Source of the DNA: Tubiluchus corallicola
Lineage: Eukaryota > Animalia > Priapulida
Length of the DNA: 64,000 nucleotides
Assembly: GCA_030141605.1 (NCBI GenBank)
Contig: JAQGDQ010000123.1
Span: 515,717-579,716 of the forward strand
Reading direction: 5' to 3'
Shown piece after piece: positions 41,901 to 54,900 of this stretch (within the stretch, counting starts at the first letter, position 1; each line of letters starts with the position of its first letter). The position numbers were made by a program, and so were the translations under genes. The notes beneath the pieces are model-generated. The model did not search any database. It was not told where the DNA came from and was given only the letters and a program-made list of their open reading frames with translations.

Positions 41901-44900
41901 GCTTGTTTTAAGCAGTCAGCTCACTTAAAATCACATCTTGCTGTACACAGTGAAGAAAGAAAGTACTCATGTGATATTTGTTATTCTGCTTTTAAAACAT
42001 CTACTGCTCTAAACAGTCATAAAAGAATACATACTGATATAAAGCCTTATATATGTGCTACATGTGGCAATGCTTTCAAAACACCAGACGGATTGAAATC
42101 TCACCAGATTAGTCATATGGATGAACGTCCGTTTGAATGTGATACATGTCATGCTAAATTTAAGCAATCCACAAACTTGAAATATCACATGGTGGTGCAT
42201 TCGGAAGAAAGAAATTATACATGTGATATATGTGACTCTGCTTTTAAAACTATGGCATATCTTACCACACATAAGCGTATTCATACAGAACTGCGTCCAT
42301 ACATTTGTGAATGTGGAAAAGACTTCAAGACACCTGATGGACTGAAATTGCATAAACGTACACACACAGGTGAGAAGCCATACTTCTGCAGTTTATGTGG
42401 TATGAGATTCAGGCAGTCAGGACATCTTAAATGTCACATGCAAACTATACATTCCGATTCTAAGCCATTTAAATGTGACACATGTGATGCATGTTTTAAA
42501 CAGTCAGCAAACTTGCGCAGCCACATGGCCGTACATTCTGATATTCGTCCTTATCCATGTCCTATTTGTGAGGCCACTTTTAAAACATCTACTTCATTAA
42601 GCAGCCATAAACGAATACACAGTGATATTAAACCACACATTTGTGACGTATGTGAAAAAGCATTTAAAACATCAGAAGGACTGAAGTCACACAAACACTC
42701 ACACACAGATGCTAGACCCTTTGAGTGTGATACATGCCATGCCAAATTCAAGCAAGCAGGAAATTTAAAGAGCCACATGGTAGTGCATACTGAAGAACGT
42801 CCATGGACTTGTGATGTTTGTGAAGCCTCCTTTAAAACACAAGCATACCTTCATAGTCACAAACGTATCCACACTGATATAAGGCCTTACATTTGTGAAT
42901 GTGGAAAAGATTTTAAAACACCCGATGCATTAAAACTTCATAAACGTACACATAGTGATGAAAAACCGTACGCTTGTGAAATTTGTCATTCAACATTTAA
43001 GCAGCTTGCCCATGTACGAGTTCACATGGCTACACATTCTGATCTCAAGCCATATAAATGTGACACTTGTAGTGCTAGCTTCAAGTTGGCAGCATATTTG
43101 AAAACCCACATGATTGTTCACACTGAAGAAAGACCATGGATATGTGACGTTTGCCAAGCTGCTTTTAAAACGTCTAGTTATCTTAGCTCACATAAGAAAA
43201 TTCACACAGATTTGAGACCATACATTTGTGATCAGTGTGGAAAAGACTTCAAGCTTCCTGATGCCCTGAAACTTCACAAGAGAACACATTCAAATCTAAG
43301 ACCGTTTTCATGTGATGTATGTGGTCAGAAATTTCGGCAAACTGCACATGTTAAAGCACACATGCTTACGCATTCAGATTCAAAACCATTCAAATGTGAT
43401 ACTTGTGATGCTTGTTTTAAACAGTCCGGGAATTTGAAATCTCATATGACAGTACATTCTGATGTTCGGGCTTACTGTTGCCCCATATGCGGAACAGCTT
43501 TTAAAACAACCACATCATTAAACAGTCACAAACGGGTTCACAGTGACATTAAGCCTCATATCTGCTCCACTTGTGGCAAAGCTTTTAAAACTAGAGAAGG
43601 GCTAAAGTCACACAAATACACACACACAGATGAACGTCCATTTGCATGTGATACATGCAGTATGAGTTTTAAGCAATCCTCCAATTTAAAAAGTCACATG
43701 ATTGTGCATACTGATGTAAGACCACACGTTTGTGATATATGTCAGGCAGCTTTTAAAACAGTTAGTTACCTCACTAGTCATAAACGAATTCACACAGATT
43801 TGAGACCATATAACTGCGAAATATGTGGAAAAGATTTCAAGTTACCAGATGGATTGAAACTCCATAAACGAATACACACCAATGAAAAACCTTTCTCGTG
43901 TGATACATGTCAAGCTGCCTTCAAGCAGTCTGCTCATCTCAAAGTTCATATGACAGTTCATACAGACGAGAGAAATCACATTTGTGATATATGTGAATCA
44001 GCTTTTAAAACTGCATCATACCTAGCCATTCATAAAAAAACACACAGTGATGTAAGACCTCATATCTGTGATATCTGTGGCAAGGGATTCAAGTTTACAG
44101 ATGGGCTGAAAGCTCATAAAAAGACTCATACATCTGAGAAGCCATACCAATGTGAGATATGTTTTAGACGATTTCGACAAGGAGGACATTTAAAAATACA
44201 TCTTCTTACACATTCTGACTCAAAACCTTTTAAATGTGACACATGTGATGCATGTTTTAAACAGTCTGGCCATTTAAAGGTTCACATGTCAGTACATTCA
44301 GATGAAAGACCTTTCCCTTGTGCAGTGTGTGGTGCTGCATTCAAAACATCAACATCTCTGAGCACCCATAAACGTATTCACACTGACCTGAGACCCTATT
44401 CCTGTGACTTGTGTGACAAAGCATTCAAGTTTTCCACAGGCTTGAGAGCTCATAAAAAAACTCACACAGGAGAAAAGCCATATAGCTGCAAGATTTGCGG
44501 TGCTCGATTCAGACAAATTGGTCATGTGAAGGTACATATGACAACTCACTCAGACCTGAAGCCATATAGCTGTGACACATGTAACGCTTCTTTTAAATTA
44601 GCAAGTTACTTGAGAAGCCATATGGTTGTCCATTCTGAAGAAAGAAAATGGACTTGTGACGTTTGTCAAGCATCATTTAAGACAAATACCTACCTTAATT
44701 CGCATAAGAAGATACATACAGATTTACGGCCACACATTTGTGATATATGTTCCAAAGATTTCAAGCTGCCGGAAGCACTGCGCTTACATAAAAGAACACA
44801 CACTGACATTCGACCTTATTCATGCGAGCTGTGCAATGCAAAGTTTCGCCAAACAGGACATCTCAAGTGTCACATGCAGACAAGGCATTCAGATTTGAAA

Positions 44901-47900
44901 CCATTTAAATGTGATACCTGTTCTGCATGCTTTAAACAACCTGCAAATTTAAGAACTCACATGCTAGTGCACACTGATGAAAGACCACATCAATGTCAGA
45001 TATGTGGTGCTGCTTTCAAGACAACTACTGCTCTTAATTCTCACAAACAGGTGCACAGCGATGTACGCCCATTCATTTGTGCAAGATGTGGTAAGTCATT
45101 CAAAACCCGTAATGGGCTGAAATCACATAAAATCACTCACACTGATTCTAAGCCCTTTGAGTGTGATACATGCAGTGCCTGTTTCCGACAATCAGCACAT
45201 TTGAAGGTTCACATGACTGTTCATTCTGACTACAGAGGATATCCTTGTACAGTATGTGGTGCTGCTTTCAAAACAGGTACTTCTTTGAAAAGTCACAGTC
45301 GTATACATACTGACATCAAGCCCTTTATATGTGATGTGTGTAACAGAGCATTTAAGTCAAAAGATGGGTTAAAACATCACAAGATAACTCATTCTAATGA
45401 AAGACCATTTGCATGTCTACAATGCAGTGCTAAGTTTAAACAAGCCACTTATTTGAAAAACCATCAGTTAGTTCATTCAGATGTAAAACCATTTCAATGC
45501 CAAGTGTGCTCAGCTGCTTTTAAGCTGCCGGCTTATCTTAGGTCACACATGATGATTCACGGAGATTTAAAACCGTACCAGTGTCAGATATGCAATAAGC
45601 AATTCAGACATTGGAGCACGCTGAAGATCCATACAAGAACACACACAAATGAACGGCCTTATGAATGTGAGACCTGCCATAAGATGTTCTCACAAAATGG
45701 TCATCTAAAGTTGCACATGATGATTCACTCGGGCGAAAAGCCTTACTCGTGTACCGTGTGTAATAGGCGTTTTCGACAACATAGACACTTATTAACGCAC
45801 AAAGTAAAACATGTAACTGATCGACCATACCAATGTAATAGTTGCCAATCTGCTTTTAAAACACATACTTCATTGCAGTCTCATAAACGAATTCACACTG
45901 GTGAAAAACCGTATGAGTGCACCACGTGTTGCACAAGTTTTAGACAGCTGAGTCACTTAAGGAGGCATCAACAATGCCACAGAAACCCGGCTTCAAGGTT
46001 GAAACCATTTAAATGCACTTCTTGTCCAAAAGCATTTAGAAAGGCCACACATCTCCGAGCACATGAAATTGTCCATACTGATAGTAAGCCTTTCAAGTGC
46101 CCAATCTGTGATGCAGAATTCCGTCACGGACGTTCGCGTAAAACACATATGAAATGTCACCAGCCTACACTCATGCATCAGTGTGATGTGTGCTTACAAA
46201 GCTTTAGTGAAGAGGAAGAACTAAGATCACATTCTGAAAGTCATGTACAAGAAAGTGCATATACATGTGAACAATGTGGCGAAAAGTTTAAGAGAGCATC
46301 GCTTTTGTCAGCTCATACTGCATTACATGAGAGAGAGAAATTATCTGCTGATGGCTACATTGAATTTGATAGACCGTATCCTTGTTCACAGTGTAGTGCA
46401 CAATATGAATCAAAACAAGGATTAGCAAAACATATGCTTGTTAGACATGCAACACTTGAAGACCTGCGTTGCAACTTGTGCCACAACACATTTACCTCAT
46501 TGCAGTTACTACGTGAACATATGAGAACTCACAAAGAAAAAGAACACATGTGCAATGTATGCAACAACACTTATACCTCAAAACATTTATTACGTATACA
46601 TATGAAAATTCACAAACATACTAGTAAAGAACATGTTTGTAATGTGTGTGGGAAAGTTTTTAAAAATGCTAGTAGCCTTTGTCATCATAGAGAAATTCAT
46701 GTTGAAGGCAGACCTCATGTGTGCACAAAATGCAATGCGTCTTTCAAAACAAAGAAAACTCTTTGGGCACACAGTAGGATTCATACAAGGGAAAAAGTGT
46801 TTTCTTGTAATAAATGCGGTGAAAAGTTTTCAGTAAAGGAACAGCTACTGCAACATAAGCAAAGTGCTCATTCAGTTGGTAAGACTAAGAAATGCTCTAC
46901 TGCCAGTAAGAATTATGACTGCGAACAATGTGCTGCCAGTTTCAAGTTCCTGACACTTTTAAAACAACACAAAGAGGCCCACAAAACTGCCATATGTGAC
47001 AAAACACAACTTGTGAAAGGAACTGCCAGCAAACCACGAAAGACACACAAGTGTCCCGAGTGCAACAAATTGTTTACTCATTCGTGGAATTTGAAAAATC
47101 ACCTGTATTCTCATCGTGCAAAACCCGTTTACAAATGTAATCTTTGTCCAAGTACATTCAGTAGGGAAGCACATTTAGTTAGGCACATAGCATGCCATAA
47201 AGGAAAAGAATTGTCAGTAAGTGTCAAAGTGCAAAGAATTCCTCATTTGCAAGAACAGCGCAATATGTCACAGACAGTTAATGATGCCCCAATACCAACT
47301 CCTGAATTCAATTATTTGCATAACACAAACGAAATAGTTTTAGACAAAATTCCTATTAAGCAAGAACCCCTAGATTACTCCCTTGTGGAGGATGATACCT
47401 CCAGCCCTGTGCATGAAGAAGGTAGTAATGTAGATGATGCTAACTTCTGTATTGAAGAATGTAACATAGAAGAGTTTTACCTTTCACCATATTTGGGTGA
47501 AAGCAACAAAGAGACAGTAGGTGAAGGCTGTTCTGCTATCACCATTAAGAAGGAAATGTCGCACTTCTTGTAAGTGGCTAATGAAAACTTTTATATTTAC
47601 AAAATTGTCTGCAAAACTCACTTATACTTATACTGCACAGTGTAGTGTACTATATTGCTAATTTTGTTTAATTGTTTGAACCTTGCACCACTTCTTTATT
47701 AAAATGTAGCGTAATTTATCCATATTTGTTGCACAAGTTATGGAAGCATGTTAAGACTATCGTATAACTCATGATAAGCTTTGGGTAAACCTTTGTAAAA
47801 TGAGTTACTTGCTGCAGATGTTTTGTCACATTTTGAATACAAAGATATTTATGGTTTCTTGCAGCAAAAATGTAAGTCATGTATCTATAAGATAAAAGTT

Positions 47901-48803
47901 GCTGGAGCTACATGTACTGCTTTTCGTTTGCTAGCAATTGGGTATTCCCAGCTCTAGTTCTGCTCAAGTGATATATAACGGGCTTCATGAAGCCAAGTGA
48001 CCTGAATGATAAAGTCCTTGCTGCTTCAACCTCAGAAAGCATTGATGAGATAGTCTCCAAAAATCATCACATTAGTGTATTGTTTTACTCAGTATTAGTA
48101 ATAGAGTTAGTGTCACTAACACTGTGTGTAATTTCAATATTATGTGTAAATTCAATCTGATGTGTTGTCTGTGTAAATCCAAGGTTAGTCGTTATGGTGC
48201 ATGCACATTTGCTCTTCCAAACTATAAGTATTATTCAATTCACTTTTTTTTATGTTTTACATCTCGTATTGCTTCGATTTCCTAAAGAAAGGTTCATGGA
48301 TGCGTGTATATTTGTCAGCTAAAGTTGCCTTAAGAGTTGATAAAATATGAATGAAATTATTGTAGGGTTATGTTATTGCTAGTATGTTAGTACCATTTAC
48401 TCGATGTGACTTGATATTGTCAAGCATTAGTGCCATTTATTTAATGTGCAAGCTGCACAAATAGTATTGCTCGTAGATGTACTTGTAACTTTGTCAGTTA
48501 TTCATGTTGTGAACTAGAAAAATTATGTTATTGAACATGTAAATAATTTTAATGTACTTAGAAGTATGATTGTAAAATGAGATGTATAGAACATGTTGGA
48601 AACCTAAGCACGAAAGATGTTCGCTGTTCTCTGACATAATTTAAGTGTGCACTGTGTCTGATGTGCATGTGCTTTTAATTTGCTAAGTAAACTTACAATG
48701 TATATGATGATGTATATTAAATCAAATCCCAGGAAACCGACCCTAAAAACTTTTGTACACATAAAAATAAATGCTGATTAACTTAAATACATTAACAGTA
48801 CTA

Positions 48804-48841
<38 letters not shown>

Positions 48842-48845
48842 CATC

Positions 48846-48901
<56 letters not shown>

Positions 48902-51900
48902 TACCATTACCTTCATGTGTTTAGTTCAAAAAGTGAGTTTGAGTATGTCGAATACATTTATCATATATCGTATTCACGTAGAAAAGTTTTGTCTTATTTT
49001 GACTGGTTTGTAGTTTGTGTTTTAGTATTAACACCAAGTGTAATATACACTCACACATTTTATTATGTTAACAAACTAATTAATAAACACCACAGTAATC
49101 ACAATGTTTTCTTTGGCGTTTTTTTATGTAAAGCTTAAGTCTTATTACTGCTTTTCTTCAGAAATTGTGTTATCATACATAAATTACTTGTGGTTCACAA
49201 GTTAAGAATATTTTTGATATTTTTGCATTAAAGTGCAAACTTGCCAAAAGCATGACTTTAAACGTGGCAAACACAAGGTAATACGAAGATACTATCAATT
49301 AATGGCAAAGCCTAAATGTGCCAGCCCAGAACCTTGTTCATCTTCATAAATGATCCTGTAAGATGAGACACTGAACTACGTTGAGGGCTCAATGCTTCTA
49401 GATACTTATATATTCCGAAAAGAAGGTAAACAACTTAGGGCAGTTTGTCAGATAAAGCTGCCTGTAAGCAGTTTTCCTGTTAGTCACTTATCCTTTTACT
49501 AGCCAAGCTCACTATTATTTAACCTTAGGCACTCATCTATCACCGTGTTTGGATAAAATAAACTTAAACTCAATAATTCTCATATGAATCTTAGAATAAA
49601 ACAGCAGTATCAAGATGGTAATGTAAAACTTCATCACAAATGCTTTATTTCTGTAATGACAGTGTTTTGGCAGCCATTGCGCAATATAATTACCTCATTG
49701 TTATCCTCTTCACTGGACCTCTGTCGCTCCGTTTTCTGAGCTGATTTCCAGATCAGTTGAGGATGGTTGCACAGTTTCTTGAGTGTTGCTATACATGCTA
49801 GATGCACTCTGCCATCAGCTATTACAAAATTAATAAATTCAGTGCAAATTAATCTGCATCAAGTTAAAAAGATGATTATGTAATTTAGCATTACTACAGC
49901 ATTATTATTTTTTTATAATTTTAACTGCAAGATTATTATTAATGATGGACAGAATAAGTATTAACTTTTTTAAACCAACCTAGTGAAGAAGGAAAAGTTT
50001 AACAGTAACAGGTCAAATGTCATGACCAATAGACCACACAGCACCTTGTGATCAAGGCAGATCTTAATTAAATCTTAATAGATTACCAATTAATGCAGCA
50101 TATCTAAGTTTCACTCAAACAAAGTTTCACTTAATTACTAACTGATTAGATTAATGTTTTTATAATTTATTTACAGCCTAGATTAATCCAAGTGCAACTG
50201 TTTAACCCCTGTGTAATATTATGATTAATTATTTATAAACTTGATTGTAAGATTATTATTATAATCATAGAACAACAATCAACATTTTTCTTTAATTTGA
50301 TTTATAGGTGGAAAATTAGGTAGTGTTTTGATAAATTAACACTTTTTCAATGCTAAGCTATACAAAATACAAGTATAGAGAGTCAATTTCCTCATAAAGT
50401 TGCAAAATGCACAACAGTGTTATTTAAAATGTTTTTAATTTAAAAATAAATTGCCTGTGCACACTGACACACAAATTCTTCTGTTTGTTGGGTATTACCT
50501 AACTAATTATAACGCAGCTATAGCTAAATCATGTAGCATTTTTTACACATGCGATACACCAATACACTCAAAAGAACATTAATTTAGATCGACATATAAA
50601 GAAAAACATAATTAAATTTAAATCAAGAATTTACCTGTGTTGTAGTCATCCAAGTATTGTTTTAAAAGTTGTGAATGAAGGATGGCTTCATATACTTTCA
50701 CTTGGAATGATGACGGCTGACAAAATATTACCATTTCCACTAAAACCATACCATTAATTTTTACCATTATTTATAAAATAACTTATTTATGATTGATGAA
50801 ACACATATGTGGTTTTAAGAAGTTTTTTTTACAAAAAGCACAAAACACAAAAAGTTATTGCAGCACAATTAAACAAATACCTGAAGTTAATGAATTTTCT
50901 TAAAAATTAGATTAGTAGCTAAAATTTCAAGGTAAACGGTAAAAATTAAAGTTAACATTGCATGATTCAATATATACATTACACGAATGTCTCCTCAATT
51001 TCTAGTGATAAACGTAATGTTATTTCAGTTCTTTTACTGTATGGAAAAAATAGTTATTTTTGATGCTGATAATGGAGCATCGTAGATGATAATTTCCTAC
51101 CTTTTGATGGTAAATATGCATTATTAACGCTCTGAGTGCGACGTAAAACAAACATTTGTGCTAGCCTCGCTAAGTCATTTTCCCGAGCTTTTCCAAATTC
51201 AACATGTTCCTTGGAAGCTTCTGGCTGCTTGGACAGTAAAATTGGATTTTCCCAGAACTTCTTGAATGTGACACATAAACCTGACAAAACATGACTACAA
51301 TATAATGTATGGGGTTTGCCTGCAATTCCTGAGCCCCAGTAAGCCCCCCCCCCCCCACTAAAAATACATCAAAGGAAAATGTGTAGGTAAGCAAGAGACT
51401 TGAATAGTGATCTCATTAATACAGAGCATTAACAAATTAGCCAAAACTAATAACCTAAAATTGAAGAATAGGCATGCATAAAATATCAAAACACTTTGTC
51501 ACCATTAAACACAAGCTATTTCATGTTTGTACATTCATTGACTGATTTATCTATCATTTATTTCGCTTGTTTTAATGTTAGTATGGGGTTTTGTAGTCTA
51601 TGATGCCCTGGTGTGTGAACCCAGTTAGTCTATATGTAAGTATGGCACTGGCCCAGACACATACGATTAATGTATTGTGAAATTATAACAAAGTACTTTT
51701 ATATTTTAGGATTATATAAAAATTATCATTTCACTGCTAGAATCATTGATTATGTTTTAGTATTTAGGTAAATAAAGACACAGGGACCCCTATTTATTTT
51801 AGTTTCTAATTATTATGGGAGCAGTCACTCACTGTTGGTCTGAATAGTTAACCGAAGATATGACACTGGATCCAAAGGCTATGGACCACAGAAATAGAGA

Positions 51901-54900
51901 AATCCTACTGCGCAGCAGTTTGCGCAGTTAGTGTCGCCCTAGTGGCACAGCAGTATGGACTGTTGTTGTCAGGTACGCTATAGCGCAAGCTGTTCGCACA
52001 CCGGTGTGTACTGTAACAGATGAATTGATGAGACCACCAAAGTCAGGCCGGTCGACAGGTGCTCATAAATTGCTCAGCAGTGAGTTGCAAAATCACAAAT
52101 AAAAATATCTTTTTGAATTTCCCAAGGATGCAGCCAGGTAATTATAACAAAATGCTAATTGTAACACAGTTTTGTAACTTTTGTTACAAGTTAAATATTT
52201 TGTTCATTAAGCAAAGACTGCAAGGCCTACATCTGTCTTTGGCGATTTATAGCAGCTGTTATGAGTTGGAGTTGGTTATAAAATCACGTTGAACAAACGG
52301 AGATGCATTTACGACATTACTCCTCTTTTTTATTGTCAGTGAACAAAAAATAACTAAACGAAACATTAGAGCTGTCATCCTAAGCAGCTGACATTACTTC
52401 CACCTAACTACTAACAACTAACTAACAAGGTCAAAACCAAGTAACAGAATTCAGGTGAGAAGCCAACCTGGCGCATAAATTAGAATCGCATAACATCTTA
52501 TATATCATGTGTAGACGTCACTTATATTTAGCCTAATTTTTTTAAGATCCAATTAGGTTTACGTCAAAATAAATGTTCATTAAATACAGTTTGTTTACAT
52601 GTAAAAAATGTACTGGTATAAGCGTACTAATAAAACACCTGTGGCTAAATCCACAGACAAGTCTTGATAAATATTATTTAGTGATAGGCTTAAATTAATT
52701 GATTTTATACAAGCCTGTGTGCTAAGGGCAATCATTTTATATAGTTAAATATATAGGCTCAGCTTCATAGAATCTTTGTATGTAATAATGCATACATCAT
52801 ACATGTATATGAGTGTGTGTGCATGGGTGTATCAAGATGTTACGACGCCCTAGGCTGGTAGTTCAATCCCACTCATCTCTACTACTGTATTTATTATTAA
52901 TGTATGGAGCACCGTATGCAATTACTTGTTGTGTGCATGCGTGCGTGTGCACATTATTTATATAAAACCTACAATATAATATATGTGTAATTATATAGAT
53001 TAATTGCAGGGCACGTAAATGGGTGCAATTTTTAATGTGCCAAATCCGCTACCTCTCATTTGGAGTAAAACAACCAAGAAACAAATGGCAGAACCTTCAA
53101 CAAAAGGAAGAAGGATCTCTCTCTCTCTGTGTGTGTGTGTGTGTGTGTGTGTGTCTGTCTCTCTCTCTCCCTCCCTCCCTCTCTCTGTCTATCTCTCTCT
53201 CTCTCTTCCTCCCTTTCACTGTTTCTCTTTCTTTCCCTCCCTCTCTTTCTCTCTAAGAGAGGGAGGGAGAGAAAAATTAATAAATCAATAAAAATGCATT
53301 ACTTTGCATTACTTATTTACATAGTAGGCAGCCCATCACGCAGTCAGCTAGCCTCTTTCCTCAGGAAGAACAATAAAATTTTACTTCCAAGAAAACTGAA
53401 GAAGTATTTGCAAGTACATAATACAAATTTATTGCTACAATTTTTTCCTTTTCATGAAATGTTTTCAGTTTTTTTTAAACTAATAATTGCTTTTAATTGA
53501 GATATTCTTCTTTTATTAAAAACGCAAAAGTGATTTTGGCTTATCGAAATTGCGCGTATGGCCAACATTATTGGTGAACCTAAGAATATTATTAATGCAG
53601 TCAACGCGCCGCTCAAAATTTTTTAATCATCCGCCGTTCGATGCCGCCAGCGTAGCCGCTAATCGCAAAAACGAAATACGTAACAAAAGGATTTCATCAC
53701 TTCCTCTTTTTACACTTTGACTGGATCAGTCCGTAAAAAAGATTGCTGCTCTTGCCGTAGCATTCGTTGAGTTTGCCAGGATAATTTTGTCCAGACTCCT
53801 AAATGCTGTTAGAGTAAGTCATGTGTGTATTAAAAGTTCTTCGTTAGGTATGAATTGCTTATCTATTAACTTTGGCTTCCTTGAGACTTGTGACAGCGTA
53901 CCTCGTTAGCGATTTCAGGTTAGTAATAGTTGGTTAATAAAGTCACTAACAGGAAACATCAAAACTGCACAGATTTATGAAAAATAAACTATTTTATTAA
54001 AAACAGTAAAGAAGTTTCACAGCAACAGGCACATAGCATGCCATAAAGGAAAAGAATTGTCAGTAAGTGTCAAAGTGCAAAGAATTCCTCATTTGCAAGA
54101 ACAGCGCAATATGTCACAGACAGTTAATGATGCCCCAATACCAACTCCTGAATTCAATTATTTGCATAACACAAACGAAATAGTTTTAGACAAAATTCCT
54201 ATTAAGCAAGAACCCCTAGATTACTCCCTTGTGGAGGATGATACCTCCAGCCCTGTGCATGAAGAAGGTAGTAATGTAGATGATGCTAACTTCTGTATTG
54301 AAGAATGTAACATAGAAGAGTTTTACCTTTCACCATATTTGGGTGAAAGCAACAAAGAGACAGTAGGTGAAGGCTGTTCTGCTATCACCATTAAGAAGGA
54401 AATGTCGCACTTCTTGTAAGTGGCTAATGAAAACTTTTATATTTACAAAATTGTCTGCAAAACTCACTTATACTTATACTGCACAGTGTAGTGTACTATA
54501 TTGCTAATTTTGTTTAATTGTTTGAACCTTGCACCACTTCTTTATTAAAATGTAGCGTAATTTATCCATATTTGTTGCACAAGTTATGGAAGCATGTTAA
54601 GACTATCGTATAACTCATGATAAGCTTTGGGTAAACCTTTGTAAAATGAGTTACTTGCTGCAGATGTTTTGTCACATTTTGAATACAAAGATATTTATGG
54701 TTTCTTGCAGCAAAAATGTAAGTCATGTATCTATAAGATAAAAGTTGCTGGAGCTACATGTACTGCTTTTCGTTTGCTAGCAATTGGGTATTCCCAGCTC
54801 TAGTTCTGCTCAAGTGATATATAACGGGCTTCATGAAGCCAAGTGACCTGAATGATAAAGTCCTTGCTGCTTCAACCTCAGAAAGCATTGATGAGATAGT

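Noticed and set aside
35763-47573. Zinc-finger gene as PRDM9 or a KRAB-ZNF
   Set aside because: No PR/SET, KRAB or SSXRD sequence is recognisable, an in-frame stop precedes the ATG, and the fingers are diverged rather than minisatellite-like.
53019-53500. ORFs of 77-123 aa; likewise 48771-49138 and the short antisense or alternate-frame ORFs inside the ZNF and BEL ORFs
   Set aside because: Products of microsatellites or shadow frames of real coding sequence.
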